A stretch of 64,000 bases of DNA from Epithemia pelagica (lineage: Eukaryota > Protista > Bacillariophyta): NCBI GenBank assembly GCA_946965045.2, contig OX337232.1:3100001-3164000 (forward strand), read 5' to 3'. The notes below the pieces were generated by a model, which did not search any database, was not told where the DNA came from, and saw nothing but the letters and a program-made list of their open reading frames with translations. The position numbers were made by a program, and so were the translations under genes. This document shows, in pieces, positions 11,626 to 22,934 of this stretch (position 1 is its first letter; every line of letters begins with the position of its first letter).

Positions 11626-12394
11626 AACTACTATCGTGCACATCGCTGAGAATTGGATTGCTCCATGCTGACAATATCCGAGGCGGATGGGAAATCAGTA
11701 ATGGACTGACACGGCTGTACGGGCTTACGGCCGACGCGTGTTGCGAAAGAATGTATCATATTTGTTGCTACCAGGTCTTGTTGAATAAACACAAGCCGAA
11801 GAACAAACAACGCCTATGCTGTCGAGCTCATCGATCCAATATGCGAAAGAGCTGCAATGCCTATATATACAGTAGTGTTCATTACGATTGTCTAATCCAT
11901 TCCATCAGTTCGAAGTTTACAAAAAGTTGAGCAGAGCTATGCTCTTGTGCTTGGTCTTTGACGATCAGTGGCGTCACTGAGCCCTATCTCCCCTAGCAAG
12001 GTCGGTAGGGGAGTCTTGAGTCTTTCCAAATCGTGCAAGGTGGCCATAATCCCCCATTCCCAATCAGAAATCCATGATTGGCGGTGGAATTACAAAACCG
12101 TGAATCCCCCAAAAGTTCTCCCATCATCCATTAGCCCTAATTTATAAAACAAACTTAGGGATATCGGAAAAAATTACCGGACAGAAGTCCTAGAAATCTT
12201 GATGATCAGGGACACCCGGAAAATCTTCACACGCGACCAATCAAACAGAATTGTAGAAATTTCATATTACAGTACAATGATCTTAAGTATTCTTGAGAAA
12301 ATCTAACGGACGCGCATGCATGGATGGGAAGTAATCTACTTAAGGATTTTGCACGCACGCACAGCACTATGAAAATTCACATCTCATGTGAAGA

Positions 12395-12445
12395 AAAAAT
12401 TTCTTCACATCGTCTTCACATCGTTTTCACATCTTCTTCACATCA
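12395..12445. repeat. Left subterminal CTTCACAT array
   Basis: ttcttcacatcgtcttcacatcgttttcacatcttcttcacatc: four copies with ~11-bp period. Confidence 0.85.
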
Positions 12446-12588
12446 TGTTCGAATGACCTCTTCTTGTGAAACAAGAAGCATAATCAATTGATGTTACTTC
12501 GTTTAGGCGCAACTGCCCAACAGACACCCATGCAACAAAAGCAACAAGGACAAAAGGTATCTCGAGAAAGAACCAAGAGCAGCAGAAG

Positions 12589-14286
12589 ATGTCAGAAGAA
12601 GGATGATCATGGGAGTCCCTTTCGTTGCTAGGCAACGACGATAACGGAAACTCAGACCATGACAGAGAGGATACAGATGGAGGACAGCATGGAGGCAGAT
12701 TGCAGGTGATGCATCGGGCTCACTCGGACCCATTTCCATCCTTGCACCTCAATGGCGGAAAACTGGAAAGAACACAAGGCCACGGTGGTTCGTCCGTGCT
12801 TTTTCAAACTGCCAATTTTGCCATTCTGGACGAAATCAACTTTTGGCAAGACAATGATCAATGGTCCGACTTGGAGGAGGACAATGACGAGAAATCTCAA
12901 CCAGAGGAGTACCAAGACGAAGAAGAAGAAGCCAAAGAGGAGGATGAAGCGAGTTTTGGTATGGATTGGTCTCCGCAAGCGAGACATCCCAACGAACTTT
13001 GCATAGCCAGGAAACAGATTGAGATTGCTAGCAGCAACTCATACACCAACGAGACCTGATCCTCCAATGACGAGATGCCGTTGGACGAAAATAGTCCCTG
13101 TCAAAGTCGTGAAGCATCTAATTTCACCCTCCATCACATTATCGAGAAAGCTCCCTCTTCCCCCTTCGTGTCTACCAAAGACAAGACATTGAAAAATCCG
13201 GAGTCAAGGCATGGGAAACATGACTGGATAGCGTTTTCCTTGAGTGTTTTGTTGTTGATTGCACTTTCGTTGACATGGCAAACGTTGTGCATGGTCTATT
13301 CACCCTCCTCTTCGCTCACGGATGATTCAACAGCATCTCGTCCAGATTCCTTGGCTATGAACCAACCCAAACCCTTCAATAACACTACAGAATCATCAGA
13401 TACAGAATTGACCTCGGCTTTGCCAACAATGATGAATGAGGGGAGCAACACAGAATCCTCTCAACCCCATGTGTTTACCAGCGTTCTCCCTGACATATTC
13501 CATTCTGAATCAAGAAGACCCAGATTGCAGCTTACAAGGGAAAAGTCTCAGGGTACCTCAACGTCATGGAACAGCTCATCATCACTGTTGCAGCGGTTGA
13601 GGACACCCGCAAGAACTCATCAATACTGGGACAACAGCATCGCACAAAACAAAAGTACTCCAAGACGAAACGTCAAGTCCGCTTTCGTAGACCGTGGGAA
13701 CTATCCTGTGCCTGATGAGTTGGATGATACAGAACCGGACTCAAATTCTTGTTCCAGTCTCTTTTTGTCTTCCAGCCGAAACATTATTGCAAACAGTTCC
13801 ATCGGTCTTGCGACTCGACTTGCGTTTGTGACCTTATCCATGAGACCACGGAGAGAGTCTCGTGCCTTTTTATTGGCGGATGAATGGTTGGGGCAGTGTG
13901 GCCATGGCGATCGAATGGGAGGTACGTATGGACGCTCGTTTGGAGTTCGACCAGTCACCTCCTGTACAAGGATGGTAAACATTCGAGAGCAAGAGAAACC
14001 TGTGAATCTCCCGACGGATTCAGAATGGACTCGGATGTCGAAGGATGTGGACGCATCCCTGCAATTCGTCAATCAGTTTTGGAATCCGGAGGCACTGGAA
14101 CGTGGTAGCTGGTTTATGGACGAGGAGGGAGAAGAGTTGCGTCCTGAGGACAATATTGTCAAAACATTTTGTCGAATGGTCGGGAAGAAATGGCCTCGTG
14201 TCAGTCTCTTTACGAGACATGACAAGAGAGTCCACAACACGCTAGGGACCACAACGGATTCCATTTTACAATTGATGGACGAATGA
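12589..14286 (+). pseudogene. Decayed host-like gene inside the TIR element: acidic/Ser-rich protein with one predicted TM helix
   Basis: ATG 12589 (MSEEG*SWES) and ORFs 12625-13059 and 13075-14286 are in one frame, interrupted only by TGA at 12604 and 13057. Hydrophobic stretch IAFSLSVLLLIALSLTWQTLCMV. No family recognised. Confidence 0.55.
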
Positions 14287-14568
14287 TTGACTTGCTTCAG
14301 ATCTCTTTGCACGGAAACCAGGATACTGTGGAACTTTGAGACACTTTTGAGGGGAATGTTTGCTTAAAAGGAAACAGCAAAGTATGCTCATACTCCTTCT
14401 TATACCTGATAGGATTAACTCTGGAGACAAAGCTCTGTTATTGATTCATCATACATCGTCGATTGGGGCAACACTACGGTTCAAGACTTCCCATGAACTT
14501 AGTTGGGCATGTATCTGGTAGCAAACATGTACAGCTTCTAATAAGCTTGGCGGAGGTTATTCATCTAT

Positions 14569-15003
14569 TTATACAAATGCGAGACCGATCCATACGGTTC
14601 CAATGACCATGGCGAGTACTGAAGAGCAAAGACTAAACTTTTGTGGAATATCGGGGCGTTGAAAGAATTGACCCGCCTTTCGGGTGCCTTCACCCACCAA
14701 AGTGGTGACAATGGCCATGGCCGCAATGGTTCCAGCGGCATAGGCCAACAAAAAGGCCAAATTTCCACTCCACGTGGCCACGGCCAAGGAGGGAGCCAGT
14801 GATGGTGCTCCGTCCCAGGAGAATCCATGCAACAAGCCGTTAAAGATCACGGCTCCTTTGGTACCACTCTTGGCACCAACATCGGTCGCCGCCGCCGACA
14901 AGGATTGTGGCATGACCCCACTAATTTCCTCCTCCCATTCACGGGCTTCCCGAATTCACAAGATGCCAATCACAATGAGCGACAATCCCAAGGCAATTTC
15001 TGT
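14569..15003 (-). pseudogene. C-terminal fragment of a NiCoT/HupE-UreJ-like high-affinity nickel transporter
   Basis: TEIALGLSLIVIGIL*IREAREW...NGLLHGFSWDGAPSLAP...FLLAYAAGTIAAM...GEGTRKA. In-frame TGA at 14958-14956 where Gly is expected; the N-terminal half is absent. Confidence 0.7.
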
Positions 15004-15107
15004 TGAGGTCCCAGTTCCGGAGGATCAGGAAAACCAGCAGAACTAGTAACTACTTTGTTTAGTCCTTCATTCTCCCATTTTTCTTTTAGACTCTCATTTT
15101 TGTAGTT

Positions 15108-15290
15108 TTCACATCGTCTTCACATTTTCACATCTCCTTCACATCTTCTTCGCATCTTCTTCACATCGTTGATGTGAATTTTCACATATTCATGTGAATT
15201 TTCATATGAAGTGAGAATATTCCTATCGCCACTTTTTTCTTCACATGACAGATGCGAAATTTCACATCGTCATGTGAAATTTCACATGAT
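15108..15290. repeat. Right subterminal TTCACAT/ATGTGAA array with palindromic units
   Basis: About six direct ttcacat copies, then palindromes gatgtgaattttcacat, catgtgaattttcatat and catgtgaaatttcacatg. Confidence 0.85.
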
Positions 15291-17521
15291 GTTTCCTTTA
15301 AGTAAATGCGCACGCCGTCCTGGTTGAACTCATTAGGTTACTTATATAAAAGAGAAGACATGCGTGATAACACATAGAATACTTAGATGGGGGCTACAGT
15401 ACTATGCGAACTTCTGAAATGTCAACCTACAGTCCTCTGCGAAGATTTTCCGGGTGTCCCAGTACCTAACCTAGCGCCACAGCACAGGATCGCTGTACCA
15501 TAGCCTACGAGCACAAGAAGTGACCAGTTTTACTCAATTGTTTGGTGGACACTAGTCCGGGTCATGATAGCGCTGTATGTAGCAGAAAGGAATTTCCCAA
15601 ACCCTCGCATCACGCTTCACTGGACATACCCATGAGGGAGTACGTGTCATAGGACGAGAAACCGCAACGACAAGGACCCACAGGTGCTTTTGCACAAGCC
15701 TTCGCTTACATCAAGATGCTAGTACAGAGGAGAGTTCAATGAGGAGATGCTGGCCATCAAGTGGAAGAGAGAGGGCATGGTTACCGCTGGCATTACGATT
15801 CATGAGGCATAGGAGAACCACGACAATGACATGCGGACAGCCGCAGAAAAGGAACCACCAAGACAATTGAATGGATCCCAATGGATTACCATCATGGATG
15901 TTGGTCGATGGAAGCTTCTTCTTTAAGCAAAAACATCAACTCCCCATACGAGACAATGGCAGCGACAATGACAACGAGCGCAACAATCAACTCCACCGAA
16001 CGTACAAGACTATGTCCAAAACAACAATCAACTGCAGCAACAATGAGAAAAAGAGATGAGGCTGGTATGCAATGTGCCCTTGGCTCTTCAGGCTTGTTTC
16101 CCCAGCTTTCCTACCAGAGCCAAAACAACAACCTGATGAAGATGAAAACAACAATCAACTACATGGATGAGGCAGAAACACTCCAGAGAACCAATGCAAC
16201 AATCAACAACTCCTTGTCCAAACGCAACAATCCAATAATTGATTGATGCCAAAGAGGAGCAGCAACACAACTACAAAAGACGACCAGACAAGACAACAAA
16301 ACAAAACCTATGATAACCTATGATGCCTGCTGCCACTGTTGACAGCACTACTGCTCTCGCCAAGACGACAAACACAGTTGGACACTCAGAGCCCCGGTGT
16401 CGTCCCTAATAATGAGATGACGAAGACCAGGGAAGCACCCTTGTCTCAAGGCGACGAGGTCTTCGTTTTTCATTCTTCATGCCAAGACACAAGAGGCAAG
16501 AGCAGCACGCAGCACAACCTCTCGTCTCTGCCCTCTCCACATTACGGGAATAAGACTAAGATTCCTTCTTTCCTTTTCTACTTATACCTAGTACTACACC
16601 CTACATACGTGGCTTATGTACTACGGTGGACGCGCTGTCCTATAAACTTTTGGGATGATACATCATGCGCGAAGTGGGGTGAGGACACAAGACCAAAGAC
16701 CACGACCTGGACGTGACTACTCCTTCCTGGCACGACTGGAGTATAGTCGCGCAGAGCAAACTACCCCTTGGAGAATACTGCCTGAGCCGATACGGACCCT
16801 AGATCAATACATGATGCTCCAAGGGCGGAAAGGCACATGGAATACTCCTATGATCTTGCTGTGGATCGACCTACGATAGGTAGGCATTCCTGTGTGGTTC
16901 TGGATCTGATCAGAACACCACATGTGCCCCAAACAAGACAAGGAATTGTATACTAGTGTGGCTTCCCCCCTGGCCACGATAGGAGGGTTGAAGTACTCGC
17001 CTACTAGAAGACAGGCTGGCACTTTTATCCATCGTGTAGTATGTCTCGCTGAGAACTCCCCAATGATTGCGGAGACGCATAACATTTGGAGGTTTTCGTT
17101 GCGTATGAGCTTAGGAGTAGCATACGCCAAGACTTCGTTGGAAACTACCATTTGCGCTGAATCTACCCAGTCCCGGGACACAAATAGATAAAGTACATAT
17201 GTTTCACTAATCTTTACAGCTTCATTCTAGCCGCCGTTGCCCTGAGCTGTTGGCAAGGTGTCTCTCGTATTTTTCTAAGTCGTTTGTTCTGTTTTCTCTA
17301 AAAGTAGCATGTGTTCGTTGGAACAGAAAAGAAAAGATCTTTGTTGATCCCTCACTGTTGTAAATTTTTGGGAAGACCGCGTTGCAGAAACAACGGACGG
17401 GTTGAGTGTTAGCCAACGCACTATCCATGACATCTTCAGCCATGATATTCATCAAGACTCCCCCAATAGCTATGATTATGGCTTGCTCAAGTCTTCACGG
17501 GACATCCTCTTAGGAAACCAT

Positions 17522-18946
17522 TCACTGAACGAGAGTGCTTCCACTGTGGTTATTGTGAATGTCGTTCAAAGAATGAAGAGGGTCCAGTAACAAGGAGTCG
17601 TCATCCAATAGAGGGGGGAGAGAGTCATTGGATTCGGCCGGGGGGAGAGAATCATTGGATTTGGTAGCATGAACCAAAGACTCAGTTGCAGGAGCATGGG
17701 TGTCGTCTTCTTCTTGAGGACTGTCTTCTTTGGGACTGTCTTCCATGAGCGCCCCCAATCCACCCATATCACTTGAAGTACTTGACTCGCGATGAAAAAT
17801 GCCATGCTTTGGTCGGCCAAAGTCAACAACACGTTCCTCGGACTCTTGACGGGGAATGATATCTGTCACTGGAGACGCATGGTGCAAAGGTGATAGACCT
17901 GATTCCAAAAAGCCTTCGTTTTCAAACGGATTGACAAAGTCTTCGTTGCTCCATTCATCGTGCGCATCAATCTCTGGCAATGCTAGTGAGTGTTCACGGC
18001 CTCCTCCTTGAGTCAAATCCAACGGAGGAGGAAGACCGAACACAGGATGAATGCTCCTACCATTGCTTGGCGGAGTATCATCTGTAGGGACAACCGTGTG
18101 TCCGTTATACTCCAACCGTACGCGCTTGGTTGGAGGTTGCACAACAAAGTCAAACGGATCTTCGTCTTTGACAACCGCTACTGAAGTGCTGAGATGAGGA
18201 GAAAGCTCAACGTGGCTGGTGTGAAGACCGGCCACGGAATCCAAATGAAGAATCGCTTCGTCTTCCAAAGGCGATGCTTCAATCAACGGTCTCTTGATTC
18301 CTCGTGATCCAGCAGAGGTGACTGCGAATGGAGTGGACGTTATGGGCCCTGACGGTACACTTGCTGGTGTTGCAATGTGTGACAAAGGCCCCTTCCGAAT
18401 GGATTTTCGGCCAGACTTTGTCTTGGTAGGTTCTGTTTGGTGAGCAGCTCGAATCTGGGGTGCCCCTTCGCGAAGGGCTTGGCTGGTTTTGGCCATGATT
18501 CGCTCATCATCTATTTCGACCCACCATCCTCCAGTGACTCCTCCCGTTGTGTCCTTTTGCAAAAAACGGCCTGGTGGCTTTTGGTTGCGCACCAAGTCAA
18601 TAACTTCCTGTGCGACCCGTGACTTTTCTACTTTGGTAGGTGCAAGGTTGTATTCATTCTTTCGGACTCGAACCCACTCGCGAAACTGTACATTTCCCAT
18701 GTGGGCGTTGATACCTCCCCCTCTTCCACTCAATACGTCGTGCTCATGAGGTGTTCGGATTCTTGTGTAGACTCCTTGAATGGAGTTAGAATACATAGAG
18801 CCATTGTTCGATAAAAGCATCATTGTGTTGTTGTCGTTTGTTGTTGTTGTTGTTAATAAGTTGTTGTTGTGTTCAATTTTGTTATCTTCCTTTGCAGTTT
18901 CTTGCACTGCACGTCTGCGTTTTTTTGTGGACATGATGATTGCCAT
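17522..18946 (-). CDS. DUF6824-domain protein (diatom-expanded putative regulator)
   Basis: TPHEHDVLSGRGGGINAHMGNVQFREWV...KSRVAQEVIDLVRNQKPPGRFL...WVEIDDERIMAKTSQALRE, followed by a disordered tail. Start taken at ATG 18946. Confidence 0.88.
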   Translation of the reverse strand: MAIIMSTKKRRRAVQETAKEDNKIEHNNNLLTTTTTNDNNTMMLLSNNGSMYSNSIQGVYTRIRTPHEHDVLSGRGGGINAHMGNVQFREWVRVRKNEYNLAPTKVEKSRVAQEVIDLVRNQKPPGRFLQKDTTGGVTGGWWVEIDDERIMAKTSQALREGAPQIRAAHQTEPTKTKSGRKSIRKGPLSHIATPASVPSGPITSTPFAVTSAGSRGIKRPLIEASPLEDEAILHLDSVAGLHTSHVELSPHLSTSVAVVKDEDPFDFVVQPPTKRVRLEYNGHTVVPTDDTPPSNGRSIHPVFGLPPPLDLTQGGGREHSLALPEIDAHDEWSNEDFVNPFENEGFLESGLSPLHHASPVTDIIPRQESEERVVDFGRPKHGIFHRESSTSSDMGGLGALMEDSPKEDSPQEEDDTHAPATESLVHATKSNDSLPPAESNDSLPPLLDDDSLLLDPLHSLNDIHNNHSGSTLVQ

Positions 18947-21269
18947 GACTTCGCTTTTTCTTAGCTGTTGTTGTTGCTCAACAAAAAGAAGTGATACGCT
19001 GTGCTGGTTCGATGAGAAAGACAATGTCAAGGTAGACTCAGAAATGACAGGTGGAGTGTCTTTGCTGACTGTCAGGTGGAGTGTCTTTGCTGACTGTTTG
19101 GAGACAGAGGGCAAGTTTTTAGGTGATTCGCGTTTTGTGGGCAAACCGTGTGATGAACTCCTTTTGACGCGGTGTCGTTTCTTGCCGTGTTTCTCCTGTG
19201 TACACTCCGCACCCGTTTGCGGGTGCTGATGATGATGGGTGGTACCATGTCTGCCTGCGCGTGGGGCTAGAGGTCGCGGTGAGGAACGTGGGGGAACGCG
19301 GTTTCGAACCAACCAAATTGTACCTCTGACGTTTTCTGAGTTCGCCTTCGATTTTATGACCCTCCCAAGCAGCTTGTGGGAGTTTGCGGAGGTGCTTCTT
19401 TCTGCTTCGCGGAATTCTATCGAAGTGACTCTGACGATGCAATTTCAAGCATGACCAAAGTGTTCCGGAGGAACGGATCGCGGGAATGTATTTGCAGGAA
19501 CTAGATTTTGGAGCGATGGGGAATTCGATTACCTGTGTCTGAGTCCCTATCTTCGTCAGTCACGGTGTCGTTCCGGAGTACCGATGCCGAACCAGGTGAC
19601 GGAGCGGAATGCGAAGCTTACTGTGTCGAATCAATGACATTTTCTGACACGTGACACCCCAGCGCATAGCGTCTCGACTCAATAGGTCATTGACACACAT
19701 ATTCGCGGAGAACATGATAAGTCGTGTCTTGACCTGGAAGACAGATGCCAGTGCGTCAGAAGCCACTTCTCATTTCTGAGCGGGGCCCAGCAGATGGAAG
19801 ATGGAGAAAGAAGAGAGCCCAGTCATCCCAGAAGCGATGACGCAATCTCCTCCCTCTATCTCGCGTACGCCCCACCATCTGTCAAACCCGAATCGGAAGA
19901 TGAGAATGCGAATCGACTGGCTCACAGGAAACGAAGCTTCGCGCACGCACGCCAAACTTACAGATCATTGTACGGAAATCGCAAGCCATTCCAAACGTGA
20001 CGTCATCTCGTTGCGTCGCGCTTTGCCAGGACATGCGCCCCGAACTCGGAACAGGACCTCCATCCAACAAATGGGGTTTTTCTGGGAGAGCTACGGACTG
20101 TTTCTGAGACGAACAGGACAACGGATCATCTCCAAGGGAGCAATGCATCCAATCTACTTAGGAGTAGCTACTCCATTCCTATTGCATTGGTGGTTTCTTT
20201 CATGGGCGGAAGTTGATATCGAGCTAATAGGTTTTGATGAGGCTGGATTTCGAAGGTTCATGTCGTTCATCATTATTCTTTACAGTCTTCCGTTTCATAG
20301 ACCGCCAAGTCCATCCTCAGCTCTCTGGATCATTTGACATGAACACTTTCAACTCAAGCGAGTTTGTGACGTGCGCCTTTCGCAAACAGCAGGTCTTTCT
20401 CTCGGTAGTAGCATCTGATTGAAGCAACCCGTGGTTTCCCGGTCCATCCATTTGTTGCATCTTTCGTCGCTCTAGATAACTAGGCTACGACGAACGGGTA
20501 GCATCATAAGAAAGCTTCTTGGATACTCGATGCATCCCAGAAAGAGACTCACGAAAGGCATCCAAGAATGGCGCCATTCTAGGTGAGGTGATCCATAAAA
20601 TTTCATCTTGTCGTCGACATTGTCTCTCGGACGAACAACCTCCATTCTTGGCATTGGAGAGCAGCCACATGCATGCCAATGAAAAAGACGTGCCGAGGAG
20701 AACCAGACAGCGCCAGAATTGCAGTTGGAAGTACGGCGTGTGCTCCTGAAACGATTCCTTGAATAGGTCACACAGTGACCTTTGCTTATTGCATAGAAGC
20801 ATGGCCGCCGCCTCTTGGTTTGCTTCCAATGTAGTCATTGTGGACCCTCTCTTTTTCCAGGAGGGCGATGCATTTACCACCTCGCATCTCGTACGGTCAT
20901 GGCGATGAGCTCGCTCAGATGAGCTAGGAGGCGTACTCTGGTTGGTAGGGTAGATTAGGTCATGGATCAGTCCACAATTCATGTCAGATTTCTGCACATT
21001 GTGGCAATGACAAATAATGGCGGTCCAATAGGAGACTCTGTTATTGACAAATCTCATTCTTGACACCGTCGAATTGTCGATACACACAAGGTCTATCCAT
21101 ACCATGTAAGAGAAATGAGGCTGAATTGATTGGCGTAAAAGGAAGCAAGTTTTTCATGCCTGAGAATACCACCGAGAACTGAACATCAAACGTCTACAGA
21201 GTGTTGCATCCATTCGAGACCTACTCAAGAAAGGCGGTGTGGTCCAAGATCTCTCCTCGTTGCAAACCA

Positions 21270-22934
21270 ATGGAGGTAGAGTCTTATTTAGTGGGACTGT
21301 GTCCCTTCTTTTGGGCTCATGTGCCCTTATCGATTCAACATGTTCAATCGATGAAGCTGGTGAATGGATTGCATTGCCTGTTACTCCACAACAATCGTTC
21401 CAATGGCACTTTTGTGGCCGCAGTTCCATTGAGTAAATGCCGATTGGTAGGAACCATTGTCGCAATAGATCGTCGAGGAGGACCTGGTGGAGGTGAGGCT
21501 ACCATTTACGTGATTGATGACGGCACCGGTCTGTTGGATTGTTTGCATTGGAATGGTGGCAATGGGGATGGTCTTGACCTTGGCAGTCAGGATATCCTTC
21601 CCGATCTCTTGGGGCACGAACGCCAAAGTGGCTCTACTGACACTACTGGGGCCTTGTGTGTTGGCCAACTGGTTCTGGTTCATGGACAAATCGATTGTGC
21701 ATGCGTCATCCTGGAAGACGAAAGCCACATGTACACGAGTTCACCAACAAACACAGGGGCAACGGAATCCAGAGACTCTTGGGCAACGTCGTCATCGTCG
21801 TCGTCCTTCCAGAATCTCAATGGACCGCTCGAAATTCGATCGTGTCTCCGTGAAATTCGAGTGAGTTTGATCCAACCCGTCGGACACCACTGCATTGGCA
21901 TTCAGAGAGGAGGTTTGTTGGAAAATGCCGAAGTGCAACATTGGAGCGACGTTCAGGACTTTTATCATCAGCTTTGGCAATCTACTATAGGAAACGTGGA
22001 TCCAGTGCAATGCAGCAGCGCCTTTGCCCCAACCAACAAGACATACTTGAACACGAATAAGATTCTCGACTTGTTGGGTCCAACCATTCGAAACAAAATT
22101 CAGGACCTTGGTCACGTGCCCAGTACTGGAAGTAAGGACGCGGAGAGGGACGATGGTGAAAACGAGATGAATGATGTTGTAGGGTCCGCTCCATTCTCTT
22201 GGCATTTGTTTGGACCGCGGTGCAAGTGTCATGATTTGACGTACAAATCGGATTTGTTGTACTGCCACTGCCTCGCCACCCCCTTGGTGCTACCATCCCT
22301 CAATTGTAGTCGGACTCATCCGAATGGTCTGGGACAGGACGATCCCCAGTTTATTTACCGAGACGCGCTCTTGGCCAAGTTGTTGCAAATGGAACAGGAA
22401 CACCAGACAAGGACGAAACCCACGTCACTTTCTGGGTGGGAATTGGACCCATTGCGATTTCAATATAGCAGTGTTGTGGAGGATCCCAAACTCGTTCAAT
22501 TGGCACAAGAGCAATATCAAAACGCTTGCAATTTACAGACAAGTGTGGCATCTGCAGTTGCCAATATACCTCGTGACGTAGCTTTTCCCCGAGCTTCCTC
22601 CTTGTTTGCACTCAATACCTTTCGCGCGCTGCGAAGTGATGGCATTGTTTATCTTTTGGATCAGGAATCCGACACGTATGTGTTGTTATCACGAGAAGGA
22701 GCAATTGAACCGTACCTTCGTCAAACGATCCTGAATCATCCGTCTTCGGCGGACCATTCAACTTGTTTGGCCATGCAACGGAAGAGAGAACGAAGGAAAA
22801 AGAATCCGCCCATTTATTGGTCTTCCATTCCATTGGCTCGCATACAACACGTCAAACGATTATTGCTGTGGAAAGAACAACAACGGCAACAATCAACTAG
22901 GACACAACCCGACGTTAACATGGGGGATCTTTAA
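21270..22934 (+). CDS. OB-fold protein, most similar to CST complex subunit STN1 (RPA32-like)
   Basis: FFWAHVPLSIQHV...CRLVGTIVAID...YVIDDGTGLLDCLHW...GQLVLVHGQI...EVQHW resembles the STN1/RPA2 N-terminal OB fold. Confidence 0.62.
   Translation: MEVESYLVGLCPFFWAHVPLSIQHVQSMKLVNGLHCLLLHNNRSNGTFVAAVPLSKCRLVGTIVAIDRRGGPGGGEATIYVIDDGTGLLDCLHWNGGNGDGLDLGSQDILPDLLGHERQSGSTDTTGALCVGQLVLVHGQIDCACVILEDESHMYTSSPTNTGATESRDSWATSSSSSSFQNLNGPLEIRSCLREIRVSLIQPVGHHCIGIQRGGLLENAEVQHWSDVQDFYHQLWQSTIGNVDPVQCSSAFAPTNKTYLNTNKILDLLGPTIRNKIQDLGHVPSTGSKDAERDDGENEMNDVVGSAPFSWHLFGPRCKCHDLTYKSDLLYCHCLATPLVLPSLNCSRTHPNGLGQDDPQFIYRDALLAKLLQMEQEHQTRTKPTSLSGWELDPLRFQYSSVVEDPKLVQLAQEQYQNACNLQTSVASAVANIPRDVAFPRASSLFALNTFRALRSDGIVYLLDQESDTYVLLSREGAIEPYLRQTILNHPSSADHSTCLAMQRKRERRKKNPPIYWSSIPLARIQHVKRLLLWKEQQRQQSTRTQPDVNMGDL

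Larger units (their letters stand above)
12209..15460. mobile_element. Non-autonomous TIR DNA transposon (Pack-MULE/MITE-like) carrying host-like gene fragments
   Basis: Perfect 20-bp inverted ends GGGACACCCGGAAAATCTTC (12209-12228) and GAAGATTTTCCGGGTGTCCC (15441-15460). Degenerate inverted similarity continues ~200 bp inward (TAAGTATTCT, TACTTAA, TGAAAwTTCrCATCT..CATGTGAAGAAAAAA). TTCACAT arrays at both ends. No transposase and no TSD found. Confidence 0.8.

Noticed and set aside
12135-12160. CCCTAA...TTAGGG inverted telomere-like hexamers near the TIR
   Set aside because: One unit on each side; expected by chance.
19400-21105. Minus-strand ORF pieces (20485-21105, 19770-19955, 19560-19766) possibly forming a gene
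   Set aside because: No recognisable motif and no convincing splice model.
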